Below, in pieces: positions 23,985-37,343 of a stretch of 64,000 nt of DNA. The stretch is from Calcarisporiella thermophila CBS 279.70 (taxonomy: Eukaryota; Fungi; Calcarisporiellomycota), in assembly GCF_041956535.1 (NCBI RefSeq), contig NW_027192196.1, forward strand, positions 1,100,752 through 1,164,751, read 5' to 3'. Position numbers and translations under genes: made by a program. Under the pieces are notes generated by a model. That model saw only the letters and a program-made list of their open reading frames with translations, was not told the origin of the DNA and ran no database searches. Position 1 is the stretch's first letter; each line of letters opens with the position of its first letter.

Positions 23985-26339
23985 TAGGGGAGATGACTAT
24001 TTGAAGATTAAATAAGGTAGAGATTATCTTGTTATAGAGTCCTTTATTTGAACATATTTTACCTTTATATTCTTCTGTAGAAATATTTTAACCTAATATA
24101 ATATATTTTCTCTTGGTGCAAACAAAACTCGACTGATAACTGCTGTTTCGACTCTTGATCCGATAAATTCCTTCATATTATAATTATATTTATTGCAATT
24201 GAAAACCATTTTTAAATGGTGCCAGTTTGAGTACGAATAGTCGAAATACAGGGGTTTAGTGAAAATATATTGGGTTATCTTTTATTATTCTCTATTTATC
24301 ATGAGCAAAAGAATGAGTTAGAAACGCTTTCTTGGTTTCCTTTATACCTAGATAGGTCTTTTATTCCAATATATCCAATTGGATGATAAAGTATACTTAC
24401 ATTAATGCCCAAATAATAATACAATCATTGTTTCTCACGTACTAGTGCAGAAATATCGATATACGTCAAACCTTTGATAAAAAACCAAACCATGAAATGC
24501 AGGTTTACAAATCAAAGATGATAGGTCTAATCTTTAACGATCTTTAATAACCTTTTATCCTCTCAGCGACCTTTTGATTGTTCGATTTTATTTATGAAAT
24601 GCCAGTACCAATAATATTAAAGGATATCCTGAGATATAGAATACTCGCTAGGATAAATTGATGCCGAAATATAAAATTATCGATGCGAGGATTATGCTAA
24701 AATTAGTTGCTGTAACCTCGATATTACTGGGCTGATTATTGCTTTGTACATAGATGCACACCTATGTATAGTAAATTCTTTGATTCATTATTGTTAATGT
24801 GTGAGCTAACCTCATCATTGGAACTAAGGAAATATAATCGTGCTCGAAGAATTCACTGTCAAGATAAGTTGAGAAAAATAAGAAATGAATTCTATCCAGA
24901 GATAGAGATGCCCTGATTTCAGAGCCAATCAGAGCTGCTTTGGGAATAGTGATACCCACTTAAACTATAACTATATTCAATCAATCGTAGCTAACTGGCC
25001 TACCGCAAATTTGAATTTCTGCAGGGAGCATACAAAGCAGAAAACATTGCCTAGCGCCCATGAGCTCTGGCAAAGTATTGTGTTTTATCAAGAAGGCTAT
25101 TATAAGGTGTGCGTTATAGGCCAAATGAAGTCGATTTCAAGATTGCAACTCCCATACTTCTCCAGATGTTCTACCCAACATGTGAGAGCGAGTATCTCCA
25201 CTGGAGTAGGTAGGAATAGTGTGACTACAAATAGATAGATTTAAAGAGCAAGCTAAAATTAGGCGGTATACTAGGTCGGGTTGCGCACGCGATAGGGAAC
25301 TTCAGCGACAGTGAGTCCAGCATTCTTTTCACATGAACTTTTAGGGCTTGTTTGAGTTTATTACCTCGTATTATTGATCAAATAGCATTTAAACTTTGCG
25401 CTTCTAAGAAATACTTTCCGAAAATCGAGAGGAAGAAGGGAAAATAAACTCAGCTAGATTTTTCCCCTTTGCTCCACAAATCTTATCGTATCCTTAGTCA
25501 CCAGAATTAAAGATATTTGTTATGACAAGGGGTGATGGCATATTGTCAGAAATTTATGAAATATACCAATCTATCTTGTGAAGGTAGGGCTAAGACCAAA
25601 TGATGGCTATAGTAGCAATACAGCTATACATGTCTTGAGAAAAGCTCTCTCTTTGCCCTAATTGCCCCCAAAGCGGGGTTTGATAAAATGGCCAAGTATC
25701 AAACAAAGAGGTCTCCGACAAAAGCTGTGGAGAATGCGGATGACAGTAATACCGATAATGGTTTGGCCGATATAAGGTTGATTACTTCGGAGAACACATG
25801 TGCTAATTGTTGCGCCACTAATAATCTACGCGCGGACCTCTCTCTCCGCATCTTTGTTCCGATTTTGGCTATGGTCGAAATTAAGGTTATTTTCGCATTG
25901 TGTTGCAAGCGCTTAGAATAACTTAATTTCCCAAGGCAGGGAGGGGGATGTTCTACAGTCGCCCGCGCCTTACCCATATATTTTCCTATTCCACTCTTCT
26001 CTCCTCTTCTCTTTTAGTTCTCCTCTCCCTACATTCTCATTCCTTCTCATCCTCATCTCTCTCCTTGTAATTTAAAAGAGCCTTTTCAAGGCTGCTAGTA
26101 TCCTCACTTTCATTATCCTAATAGTAATAATAATATCTGGTTTCGACTCAGACTACTCACTTTCCCTCCTTATCAAGGTCCTACTAATATAAGGGCGCTC
26201 CTCTTAATCTCTGGGAAAAGCTCTGAGTAAATTTGTTATAGCGTCATTAATAGAATATCCACTGGTCAGTTTTATATTACATTATTTTTAGCCCAAGTTA
26301 TTACTAACTTCCCCTGTCTTAAGTAGTTATTCCTTAATA

Positions 26340-29300
26340 ATGGATTCAGAGCGAGATCTAGCCGAAAATGTGCGGCATCACGTCGCTCAAGATGAGAATG
26401 ATGCAACCTATTTCGACGAGAAGACTTACTCCATACCCACCCCACGCTTCTACAAGACAAGGCGTTTCTGGATAATTTTCGGAGCGGTCACCGCAGTCCT
26501 TCTTGCAATTTTCCTCCCTCTCACATTTCTCGTCTTCATCCCCATGGCTAACCAAAACGTTGTCACCAGCTCCACTATTAATATCAAAGATGCAAATGTC
26601 ACTAGCGGTAAAGACGGATCTATCGGTATGAGCATGAATGCGCAGATTGATAATACCGGTAAATCGATATTATGATAAAACTCGAATGTCATAGCGATAT
26701 AAACGTCCAAACTTTCTAATTTTTCAATAGGTTCTTTTGATGGTGTTATGGAGTTTCCTGAACCCGTAAGAGTGAGCTTTGATGGAAAAGAGTTTGCTCG
26801 ATTTGCCAATGTTCCACCTGTCAATGTCAGTGGGGGAAGCGGTACTTTCTTGTCTAACTCGGCCCTAGAAGTCACCGATCAAGATGCCTTCAAGGAGTTT
26901 ACCAAGAAACTTATCGTTTCCGACAAAGTCAATTGGCATCTCTCCTCCACCGTCTCTCTCAAGGCAGAAGGAAAGGAACCTAAATCAATACCAATGGAGA
27001 AAGATGTTGATATCATTGGTGAGTGTCTATTAAAACTAGAAATGTAGTGAGATGTTAAACGTCATATCTAATTGAATTTATGAAATTTAGGCTATAATGG
27101 ATTGAACAACATCACAATTTCAAGTTTCCAGATGCCGGGTAATGATACACAGGGTGGAATTGGTATGCGATTGTCTGCTGACTTGTTCAGTGAATCGCCG
27201 GTCAGTCTCCTGCTAGGCAATGTGTTGATGAATGTGACCTATAACAACATCAATTTGGGTTCACGTAAGTTATAAAGATTATCACGCGCTATGCTTTTTT
27301 TGACGAGATCGCTCTTTTCATATAGTCCAAATGAACGATCTCTTTGTTCGACAAGGAATGAACGCCTTCAATATCTCTGGAAGCCTTGTACCGCAAGCGA
27401 ATCCAGCGGATCTTGAGCAGGTCGGTGCATTCATGAGCGATATTCTTGCGGGCCGACGTGTTGTGACCACTGCCATTGCAACATCTGCCCCATCCAATCT
27501 AACCAGCAATCAACCTGCCTGGATGACCGATACTATCAACGGTTTACGTATGAATCTTGGGCTCCAGTCACCCAAGCCCCTTGAGATAATCAGCAACATT
27601 ACACTTGATTATATGCGCATGGCCTTCCATCCTGATGAACCTTATGTTCCCACGACTTCTACCGATGCGATTAAGGCGATAGTCACAGTTCCTTTTGGCT
27701 TTACCATTGATATTTCCAAAGTCAGGCAGAATATTACGGTTTCAAAAGATAATATACCGCTGGCGACTATCAACTCTGACTGGGGAAATGCGCACAATGA
27801 TACCAACATTAAGCGTGTTGTTATTTCTCTTCCAGAGTCAGATTTCAAAGTTCTTTCCGGAAAGGAGCAAGACTTCACTGACTTCGTCACTGAGCTTACT
27901 CTAGAAGATGAAGCCGTAGTGAATCTGGCTGGAAATGCTACTGGTATTGCAAAAACTCCCATTGGCGAGGTGACACTGCGTGATCTGCCCTTCAACAGTA
28001 ATATAACGCTCTATGGTCTCCAAGGTCTTAAAAATCCTCCGCCAAAAGTGAATGGTCTCGATGTAGTTGCAGGAACAAAGAAGGGCCTAAAGCTGAAGAT
28101 TGACACCGATCTAGAAAATCCAAGTAATTTAGAGATTGCTATGGGGTCTGATGTAAGGATGGAAATGGTCTACGAGGGCAAAGATCTTTCCGAGGTTGTT
28201 CTCCCAGATTTAACCCTTCAAATCGGCAAGACCAAGGTTAAGGCAGAGTCGATATTTGATCCCAAGGCTTCAAGTGAGGGAATGAAATTGCTCGAATCAT
28301 TCCTTATGGGTGAGGACAACAAGATCTCTATCAAGGGCACAAAGCATGCCACAGATGTAGAGCCATTAAATCCTGGGCTTGAGCAGATTAAAGTCGGCAC
28401 CAAACTACCTGGCCTAGGTGAAAAGCTCCTCAAATCGGCAAAACTTATTATTCTTCCGGAAACCCCCAGGACAAAAGTCGCTAAGAGTATTGTGGAGGTT
28501 AACAATCCATTCTCTGCCACTCTCAATCTTTTCAAAATCAAAGCCCTTATTACCAACTTTGGAATTCCCGTCGGTACCATCAATGTTGAGAAGTCAGGTA
28601 GCGAGATTGAACTTCCTGGTAAAAAGGTCACAGAAACCACTCTCCCATTGACTATGAATATGGAAATATCGGCTATCATTGGTATCCTGCGCAAGAATGC
28701 GATTCGTGCTGGACTCGATGTCAGGCCACTCGATGAACTTTTGAAGCTGGGCGGTATCCCCATTAATGGTGGGGGTAACGATAGGCGTCTTGCCAAACGC
28801 GGCATCTTCGATGGATTCAACATTGTTGAATTCACGAAGAAAGCTCTCGGACACATCAAAGTATACGTAGATATGGAGATCGGAACGCGTATTGATGATT
28901 ATAGCATGTCCATCCACTATGAGCAGACCAATGTCGACGCTTACACTGATGACTCGATCGCTATTCTGATTCCTCTTATTGGACTTCCTATCATTCAAGC
29001 CATCATCAATCGCTCTGTACTTTCGATCGACTTTACGATTATTCAGGATCCAGCAAATAGTAAATTCAAGGCCAAGATGAAAGGAGCTGTAAGAGAAGCC
29101 GGTCCTGTCGATGCTCTCATCCATTTCAACGAGCCACTAAACATCATCTGGAACGGTAAGACTATTGGCGCAGTTACTATGCCAGACCTGAAAGTAGTTG
29201 GCGGACAAGGAGCCGACATCGATCTCGTGGCAGATGTGGCTGTCGTTGACGGCGCAGCGCTTGAGGAGTTCTCCAAGCAGCTTATTGCACAGCCTTCTTT

Positions 29301-31233
29301 CGATTGGGCACTTGAATCGAATAATCTGAGAGTGGACGCAGTGGGTGCCTCGTTTGCAGGCGTTAAAATGCAAAAGAAAGTAACGCTTAAAGGTATGGAT
29401 GGCCTCAAGGAAGGAGCGAAGATCGAAGAATTCAAGATCACGGGTGCGGATGCTGAAGGCCTCATCATTCAGTCCGTTGCTGCGCTACCAAGCCCAAGTG
29501 ATATCGGTCTTACTGCGAAAGTAATGCGATTCAAGCTTTTCTTCCTAAACACTGAGATCGGTTATCTTCTTGCAAATGATCAGGTTCTTCTTCCCGAGGC
29601 AACTAGTCGATTGTCAATGACCGGTCGCCTCAGACCTGGCATCCCAATCGATATCCTTAGCAAGCTCTTTGGAGCTTACCTCACTAATCGGCCAGTTCCA
29701 TTGCAAGTAGTAGGTGAAGAAGCAATTGGTCCTGAGGGGCGAGTTGATTGGCTCTCCAATGCACTTAAGACTCTCAAACTCACGGTCATTCTTAACGGCA
29801 TTGATAAGTTCCAAATGATTAAGGAAATCACGATTCAAGACTTTAAGATGGTATTGGAAAAAGGTAAAACACCACAAGGTTCATCACAACACACTCTTGT
29901 CAAGTATCAAGTACCTTTCCCTATCGAAGTCAACGTCAATCGCCTTTCTCAGAATGTCAATATCGTGTATAATGGAGTCAATGTCACTGGATTTGCTCTT
30001 AAAGATCAACCAGTCACTTCTACGCCTATTCCTGGCGGTGGAACCATTGATTTCAACTGGGCAGCAGAGCTTCCAGTACAGTCGCAGGAAGGATTTAAGG
30101 CGTTTTTAGCCGATGTTACAGCAAAAGATGAAGTACAGTTCCATCTATCTGGCTCTTCTGGAGTACTAGCGACAACCCCATCTGGCCAGCTTATGCTCTC
30201 TCCTATACCAATTGAGGTCGATACAAAGATGAAGGGTCTTGGTGGTCTTAAGAATCCGCCTCCACAACAATCCGGTGAAGTCAAACTCGGAGGAGGAAAA
30301 TTCACATTTAATGGATGTTCTGGAGCCAATGGAGCTAATCTCGGACTTCCTATAACTGTGTATAATCCAAGTTCCATCACCGTAGAGATGGGAGATGTTT
30401 ATTTCAAAACAGAGTGGGACTCTGTCCTTCTCAAAGGAAAATATATCGTTGGTCCAACCATGATTGAAAAGATGAAGCTTCAACCTGGCGCTAATGCTGT
30501 GACTACAAAGTTCTTTATGTGCGGAGTATGGGATTCAAGGATGAATAATATTTCAGTTCAAGCTTCGTTTTTAAGAGAATTTGCGTCTACAGGAGTGCAG
30601 CTTCGTGCCTTCGGTTATAATGATTATCCTGCACATCCATCCACCGATAACCCATTACTCGTTGATGCCATCACTAAGGTGGACTTACCTATCTTAGTCA
30701 AACATCGCGGGCTCAATCTATTGGCACTTAATTTGACCAGCTCTTCCGTCCTCCCAAGTTCCACTGCTAATATATCCTCGACGGTAGCGTCCTCATCAAG
30801 TGGTACTCCTATCCCATCTGTGACTGAGACATCAATTCCACCTACGAGCGACGTGCCAACTTCGCAGCCACAACCATCTAAGCCAACGACAAAGCAAGAG
30901 TCATCAACTACTGAGAAGCCGGAGAAGCCAACTGATGACAAAAAACCGCCAACTCCAACGGAGACTACTACTCCTCCCAAGAATACAACAGATCCCACTC
31001 CCAATAAACCCCCAGCTGACGATAAAGGCAATGGCAAAGAAGGTGGTAAAGAGGGTGGCAGGGACCAAGGCAAAGATGACAAAAACGCTGGAAAAGACAA
31101 AGAAAAAGCGCCAGGAGCTCAAGCTCTGGGTTTTGAGCAAAAAACCTCCTACGCAACGCAAAATTCTTGGTCACAAGCTCTGATGCTCTCTTTCTTCTGT
31201 TCTCTTGTTATGCCTTTCCTCTTGTTTGCTTAG
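26340..31233 (+). CDS. Large multi-repeat DUF3712/Tag1-like membrane protein (4 exons, about 1560 aa)
   Basis: N-terminal TM (FWIIFGAVTAVLLAIFLPLTFLVFI); GT-AG introns at about 26659-26730, 27019-27090 and 27265-27325; repeated LxGxxGL..NPS units; S/T/P stalk; hydrophobic C-terminus. Confidence 0.85.
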
Positions 31234-31686
31234 GGTTTGTTTTTATGCTAATTTAACTTTATATCTTTGTTTTTTGTTTCGTTAATATCTGCTTATGCAG
31301 AGAAGCAGTAGCTATTATCATTTTTTCTACACTTATTTAATTTAAGAGATCAACTCTGGGATATTGAAAGATATGTTCGCGTCTCCATCTTGTTAACCTA
31401 AAATCAAAAGGCTTCCCTTGGTCACCATCCATTTCTCGCTGGACTATTTATTCAGATAAATCCCAACTCTGAATCAACTGATACTCGGAATATCAAAATC
31501 TATTATGCATTTCGAAACTCTAACATAATTTAAAGCAATTATCGTATGTTTGAAAGGTCAACCACTCCCGTGATTTAGTTGAATGGAGAGCAAGCCTGGC
31601 TTCTAGATGCTTAGCATTTATAGTAGTTTATCATCAATCAAATAACGCAAATATATTACAGAAAAGGAGACTCAAACAAATCAACA

Positions 31687-33486
31687 CTATTTGGGAACTG
31701 CATTAAGTAGGATTTCCACCGCTCTGCTTTCAGGAAACTCTCGCAATATTGCCTCTGCAAATAGATTTCCTACTCGCCCTCGCAGCTCATCTACAAGGGC
31801 TGGCTCAAGGTCCTCTTCCATTTGCTCCGGCTTTTTCTTCTCCTCATTTCTCACGGAGACGCTGTCAGGTTGTGCAGGTTTAGAATTACCCGATAACTTG
31901 ACAGAAGCATCAGAATCCAGTTCCACTCGCAAAAACTCTCGTATTGCATTCATGAGAGCTTCAAAACATCTCTCTGCTTCTATCTTCGGACCACTCTTTT
32001 CTCCGTCCATCTTATCTGCGCCATCTGCACTCTCATCCTCCATTCCATCCCTGCTGCTCAATACAGGCTCAAGTAAAGCACCATAAGCCAACAGGTTCGG
32101 GCATAGCAACACACGCTGGACTTCATGCCCAAGAGCCGTCAGCCCAATAATTGCACCGTACTGCGAAGTGAAAGGTTTTGCTGGATCGAGGAATGCGCGT
32201 AGCAAGGTTTTCGTAACACGCGGTTGCAAAGTGTGATAAGCATCCCCGTAACGAGAGCAAATGGTCGCAATTAGGGTGGCGGCGAGTTGCCGAACCGACC
32301 AATGATCCTGGGTGCGAGGATTCTCGCAAATACGGCGAGCCACAAGGCATGAGAGGATAGTAGGCATCAATTGGTGAAGCTATATGGGTTGAATGCATAT
32401 ATAAAATTACTCAAAGATAGAACATTCGACATTAACGAGTACATACGTAGGGCTCAATAAAGACATGGGGGTTGTCTAACAACGCTTTTACCATCTGTAG
32501 CATTGCCCTCAGCACTCTTAGCTTTCTCATGTTCTGCGTCACTTTTTCCGCCACAAATTGCGCAAAATAAGGCACTAGCTGGTGCAATCCAGGGTCCTGT
32601 CTTAAACTCTCTAACGCTTGTAGCCGCAATGCCTCTCTTCCTCCATCTCTTATGTCTTCAGCATCGTCGGACTCTTCTCCTGCGCCCAAAATTGCGTCTG
32701 TGATTTTGGTATAGTACACCTGCAATTCTTTTGATAGCACGTGTTTGACGAGCGGCTTGACTTCAATTTCAGTGACGCCAGAAGTTGCACCTGGCACGGC
32801 ACGTTTGCTGCGCGGCAATTTAGCGTCATCAGGGGCAGGATTCTGAGCGATGGCTGGTTGCACTCCTTCGATTGCTAGCCAGTGAGCTGAAAAAAAAAAT
32901 AAGTATAGACGATGGGTGGCAAATCATATCAAAACCAAAAGGTTACCAGTGAATGCCACATCGAGCGGTACTTTTGGGAGAGGCTTGCTTAATACACTGT
33001 CTAAATCCAGCTCTTCATCTTCCATATAATACATAGTTCCGGTGTTCTGCCCAATTGTGGCCACGAGTTTCTTGAACTGAGTGCTCTCCGGAGATACAAA
33101 ACCGTAGACGGGTTCAACATTGCGTAGTCGGAGTGCATTGTTTATATCATCAACTGTGAGGCGAGTGCGTTTAGAATGACGCATGAATTTCACCGAGTCC
33201 TATAAATTGGTTCATAAAAAGTGAATACAGATCTACCGAGATGCATTAGAAATAGAGAATCGCGGTAGTAAATTACTTGGATGATCTCAGTGATCCGGTA
33301 TTCAACATCCTGCGCAACAGCTGTGACAACTTCATCTTTTAGTTCTGCGATGCCAATTGATTCCGCAACATTCTAGTCAGTAGAAATAAAACACGTGTAT
33401 TATTTTGGCGATCTTGCGGTATTTTCAACGTCAAGAAATTTTCCCCTATTTACCCTAACCGTATCTTTTGGGAATATACTCGCCAT
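31687..33486 (-). CDS. TAF6: TFIID/SAGA subunit Taf6 (5 exons)
   Basis: MASIFPKDTVR / NVAESIGI..AQDVEYRITEIIQ / KFMRHSKRTRLTVDDINNAL (histone fold); HWLAIEGVQPAIAQNP; KHVLSKELQVYY; DPGLHQLVPYF; DHWSVRQLAA. Confidence 0.95.
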
Positions 33487-33686
33487 CTCTGTATTATCTC
33501 TCACTCCTCACTATGAATACTATAATGTTGCTGGAGAGGAAACAAAATTTCTTTGGGACTGTTATTCTTTCGCTGCAGTTGAGGGTAGGCAATCTATCCG
33601 ACAATTTTTCTTTGTCACTATCCTCAATACATCGATTCCTCCTCTTTTTCTTCACTCTTTTCCGAGAGATATCTTTATAATTAAAG

Positions 33687-34362
33687 ATGCCCAAATTCCT
33701 CAAACCCGGAAAGGTCGTCATCATCCTTCAAGGCCGTTATGCAGGCAAGAAGGCCGTGATTGTGAAAAATATCCTTTTTTATTAGATGGATGGATGGATC
33801 CATCCACTAAGATATTATGCTGCATCTTCAACGCGATCATTAATTTTTTTCGGTATAATCCTTAACCCTGATATCTTTTTGTGATTACATTATGATGAAG
33901 GTACCAAGGATCGTCCATATGGCTTCGCTGTTGTAGCTGGTGTTGAGCGCGCTCCCCTCAAAGTCACGAAGCGCATGGGTCAGAAACTCATCGCAAAGCG
34001 CAGCAAGGTCAAGCCCTTCGTCAAGATGGTTAACTACAACCATTTGATGCCCACACGGTAAACGATCTTAACCATTGAATTTTTCCCGATGATTTCCTCC
34101 TATTGAATGTGGCCTCCTCGTTAATTGCTATCAGTTATGGCCTCGAGCTCGAGAACCTGAAGACCGCTGTTACTCTTGAGAGCTTCAAGGAGCCCACGCA
34201 GCGCAAGGACGCCAAGAAGAATATCAAGAAAATGCTCGAGGAGAGGTATGCATCAGCTTAAACTTATTGTTATCTTGCCAAGATGGACACTTAATATCAT
34301 TCGACGTCACTAGATACACGACCGGAAAGAACAAGTGGTTCTTCACCAAGCTCCGTTTCTAA
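33687..34362 (+). CDS. RPL27: 60S ribosomal protein eL27 (4 exons; intron 1 is AT-AC)
   Basis: [70 protein letters not shown]. Confidence 0.96.
33769..33888 (+). other. U12-type (minor spliceosome) AT-AC intron, phase 1, 120 nt
   Basis: 5' end ATATCCTTT; branch site TCCTTAAC at 33859-33866; 3' end ..TTAC; removal restores VKNYDEGT, while read-through hits TAG. Confidence 0.92.
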
Positions 34363-34730
34363 ACAGGATCGGATATTTGGGGATCTTGTGTTTTGTTGTT
34401 TGCTTTATTGATCTAAAATATACAATATTTTTCTCTCATTTTTCATCGCGAGGTCCAAGTGAGGATCTTAAGAATACTTTAATATTGTTAAATTAAGAGA
34501 AAAATGGATTCAATAATCAATGAGCAAGATAGAGAGTACCAACTTTTTATGCATATACCATCCCATAGAAAGTGTAAGATAGAAAGACAGTTAAACAAGA
34601 GAAAAATCATAGAACACAACGGTAGCAGAAAATGAGGGTGGAGGGGATTATATATATAGGTGAGGATAGAGGAATTAACAATAACATAATATAAAAAGGA
34701 AAAATCTAATAGATAGTCAAATGATAATTA

Positions 34731-36555
34731 TTAATCGCTCTCATTGAACACCTTCTCCGCCACATGATATTTTGTTTCCGCTTTCACTAATCGCCCCAGT
34801 GCGGCCAAGCTACTAGGTATTGTCATGAACAGCATGGCACTCACAGGCAGCCATACGTAGTCGATCAGGTTACGTATTCCACGACTCTCCTGCTTGGAAT
34901 GCTGGAAGAGGTCACGTTCCACGGCACGGTGCAATCGCTCGTAGAGAATGATCATCCCAATAGACGGGAGTGGAAGGACGAGCCCAATAATTTTCACTGA
35001 CTGCCACACACTCGCAAAGAAGGCAGAAGTGAGGGTGGGGTTGACGGGCGATGAGATGTAGGCAAGCAATGGGTCAGGGGGGAAGAGTAGGAGCTGGGTC
35101 AGTGGGACTGCGGCAAACATGAGCCATCCACTTGTGCTGGGTATGATGTGAGCCTCCAGCATCCTAAGACACACCATCCATTTATCCAGCCAGTAGCGGG
35201 GGCATACTTCGCCTTGCTGGGTAGGCAAAATGCTTTCGTCTTCCTTCTTCCGGCCCTTGACCACATTTTCGCAAGCGTGACGGAAGGCATAGCCCAAATC
35301 CGCAACTCCGCTGTAATGTCGCTTTGCTTGAACATACCGAGCGTAGAGGTTCGAGATGAAGCCGGGCGTTTGAACATTGGTCAGATTGATTGGCACATAG
35401 ATGGGCACCGATCGAGCAATTCCAGATGTCTTAAAGAAGCACTTGAGCCACATGTGAAGGTCTTCTCCGATAGCATCGGCATCCACGTCCCAATAGCCAA
35501 CGCGTTCTGCCAGGGTCAAGGGCACACTATACGTACTGCATGGGAAGGACATTCCCAAGTTATTGGATAAATTTTGCATCACCATGATGGACCAGAATAT
35601 GTCTGTCACCCGTACTACTGCAGGAACCTCCATTGCATTGCGAGCAAAGAAAATTGGGGGTGCACAGAGAGTATTTGCTGGGTCCTCTGCCTCGTTCAGG
35701 GCTTTTTCTACATGGAAGACATAGAGCTCAGGAATGGCCGAGTCCGAATCGGAGACCGTGATGACAATTCGGCGCTTGTCTACACCCCGTGCAACTATTT
35801 CATTGCAACCAATACGCGCGGCATAAGCAACGTTGCTACCCTTGCCACGTGCTTCGCCAGGAAGGCCGACAGGATGCACCGTGGTGATGAAGTGGAGAAA
35901 AGCGTCTTTGAACTGCTCACGAAGAGAGGCTGCCTTGGGTGCATGGTTTGCTTCGCTGGCTTCCATAGCGAGAATGATAACGTAATTTGATTGCGCATTG
36001 CTATTGAAAGGAAAAAAAGAGGGAATAAGGGCGCAATTAATACAGGTTGATGGAAAACAATGTAAATACCGGTGGGCAGCCAATCGCTTAATAGTGTCCC
36101 GCAAAAGAGCTTCAGGTTCACTGTAATTAGGGATAATAAAAGCATGAACATATTGATTCTCGTCGAAGGGTTTTAATGCAGATTCTAGTTGTTGATCATC
36201 GTATGCGAAAGAGACACGAGTTGGAGTGGGAGAAGCCGGTGTAGCGGAAGTGGCGGCATTAGCGGTGCCTTCCCGACGATTGATTTCATTCCATTGCCGA
36301 ATATTACGCTAGAAGGCAACAATGCATCTGTAATTAGCCCCGCATCAAAGCAGAGTGGAGGGCGAGATTTACCTTGATATTACGAGTAGTGATGAAAAGC
36401 TTATAGAAATGCGTGCAAGAGGCATAAAAGAAGAGTGAAAAATAGGTGAGCAAGAAGAGTAGATAGAACCGCGGAAAGAAGAGGGGGCCTAGCGGCAGAA
36501 AAGTGACGGTGACTAGCACCGCAACGGGAGCAATGAGATCGTAAAAATGACGCAT
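34731..36555 (-). CDS. Polytopic GT2-like glycosyltransferase (3 exons)
   Basis: N-terminal TMs; HAFIIPNYSEP; GKGSN; DSDS (DxD); GEDLH; QAKRH (QxxRW-like); C-terminal TMs. Confidence 0.82.
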
Positions 36556-37343
36556 TAGGGAGAATTGAATATAAAAGTAGAAAAGGCCAGATGATGAATT
36601 AAAAGATGTAAAATCAGGAAATTATTTAGATTACTAATTAGTTAATTACAGCGTAAGGTTAATTGAATATATAATTAGATTGAAGAGAAGAAAAAAACAT
36701 ACAAGATAAAGAAGAGACAAAAACAATTATGATGAGATTATCATAAGCATAAATTATGGATATAATGGTGATGATATGACCCTAGGCGAAAAAACGTAAA
36801 CAAGAGGAAGAGAGAAGAAGAGGAAGAAATCACAAGCATTTTTTTCGTTCAATATCGTTCGAATCAGAAATGTTGCTTTATTATTCGTACCACCAAACAT
36901 TATCTTGGAGTATCCCCAAAGCTTTATCCGCGGATATTCCTTTATGGCAAAATTCCTTGGGTGAGATAGGAGCTTATGGGCGCAAGAATCACGTTCCGCC
37001 CGAACCCCACATCACTCCAAAGAAATTGTTGAGTCATCGTAGCCCCTTTGAAGAGCTCTCCAACCTAAAAATTGGCTATGTCGATGGACGCCCAGTCACG
37101 GCCCTGATGTTGTTCCACACCATCCTTGCCTTACTGGGCCCCAAACTACCACCGACATGCTAGCATCAATAGCACCAGGGGAGGAGCCTCTGCTTTAACA
37201 GCTGAATGTCAAGCAAAAGCCACTAGTGGCGCTATCACTCGCTGGGATTACGTAGATGTTAGCATAATGAAATTAAATTTTAAAGGCGCAACCATGCATA
37301 GATTGAACGAGAGTGGAAGATTCTCAAATTGAGGCACAGGTTC

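Noticed and set aside
24762-25977. Short ORFs upstream of the large DUF3712 gene
   Set aside because: No signal peptide, motif or coding-like composition; likely intergenic.
10245-31233. ATG8 near Tag1-like genes as an autophagy cluster
   Set aside because: Separated by unrelated metabolic genes; proximity alone is not evidence.
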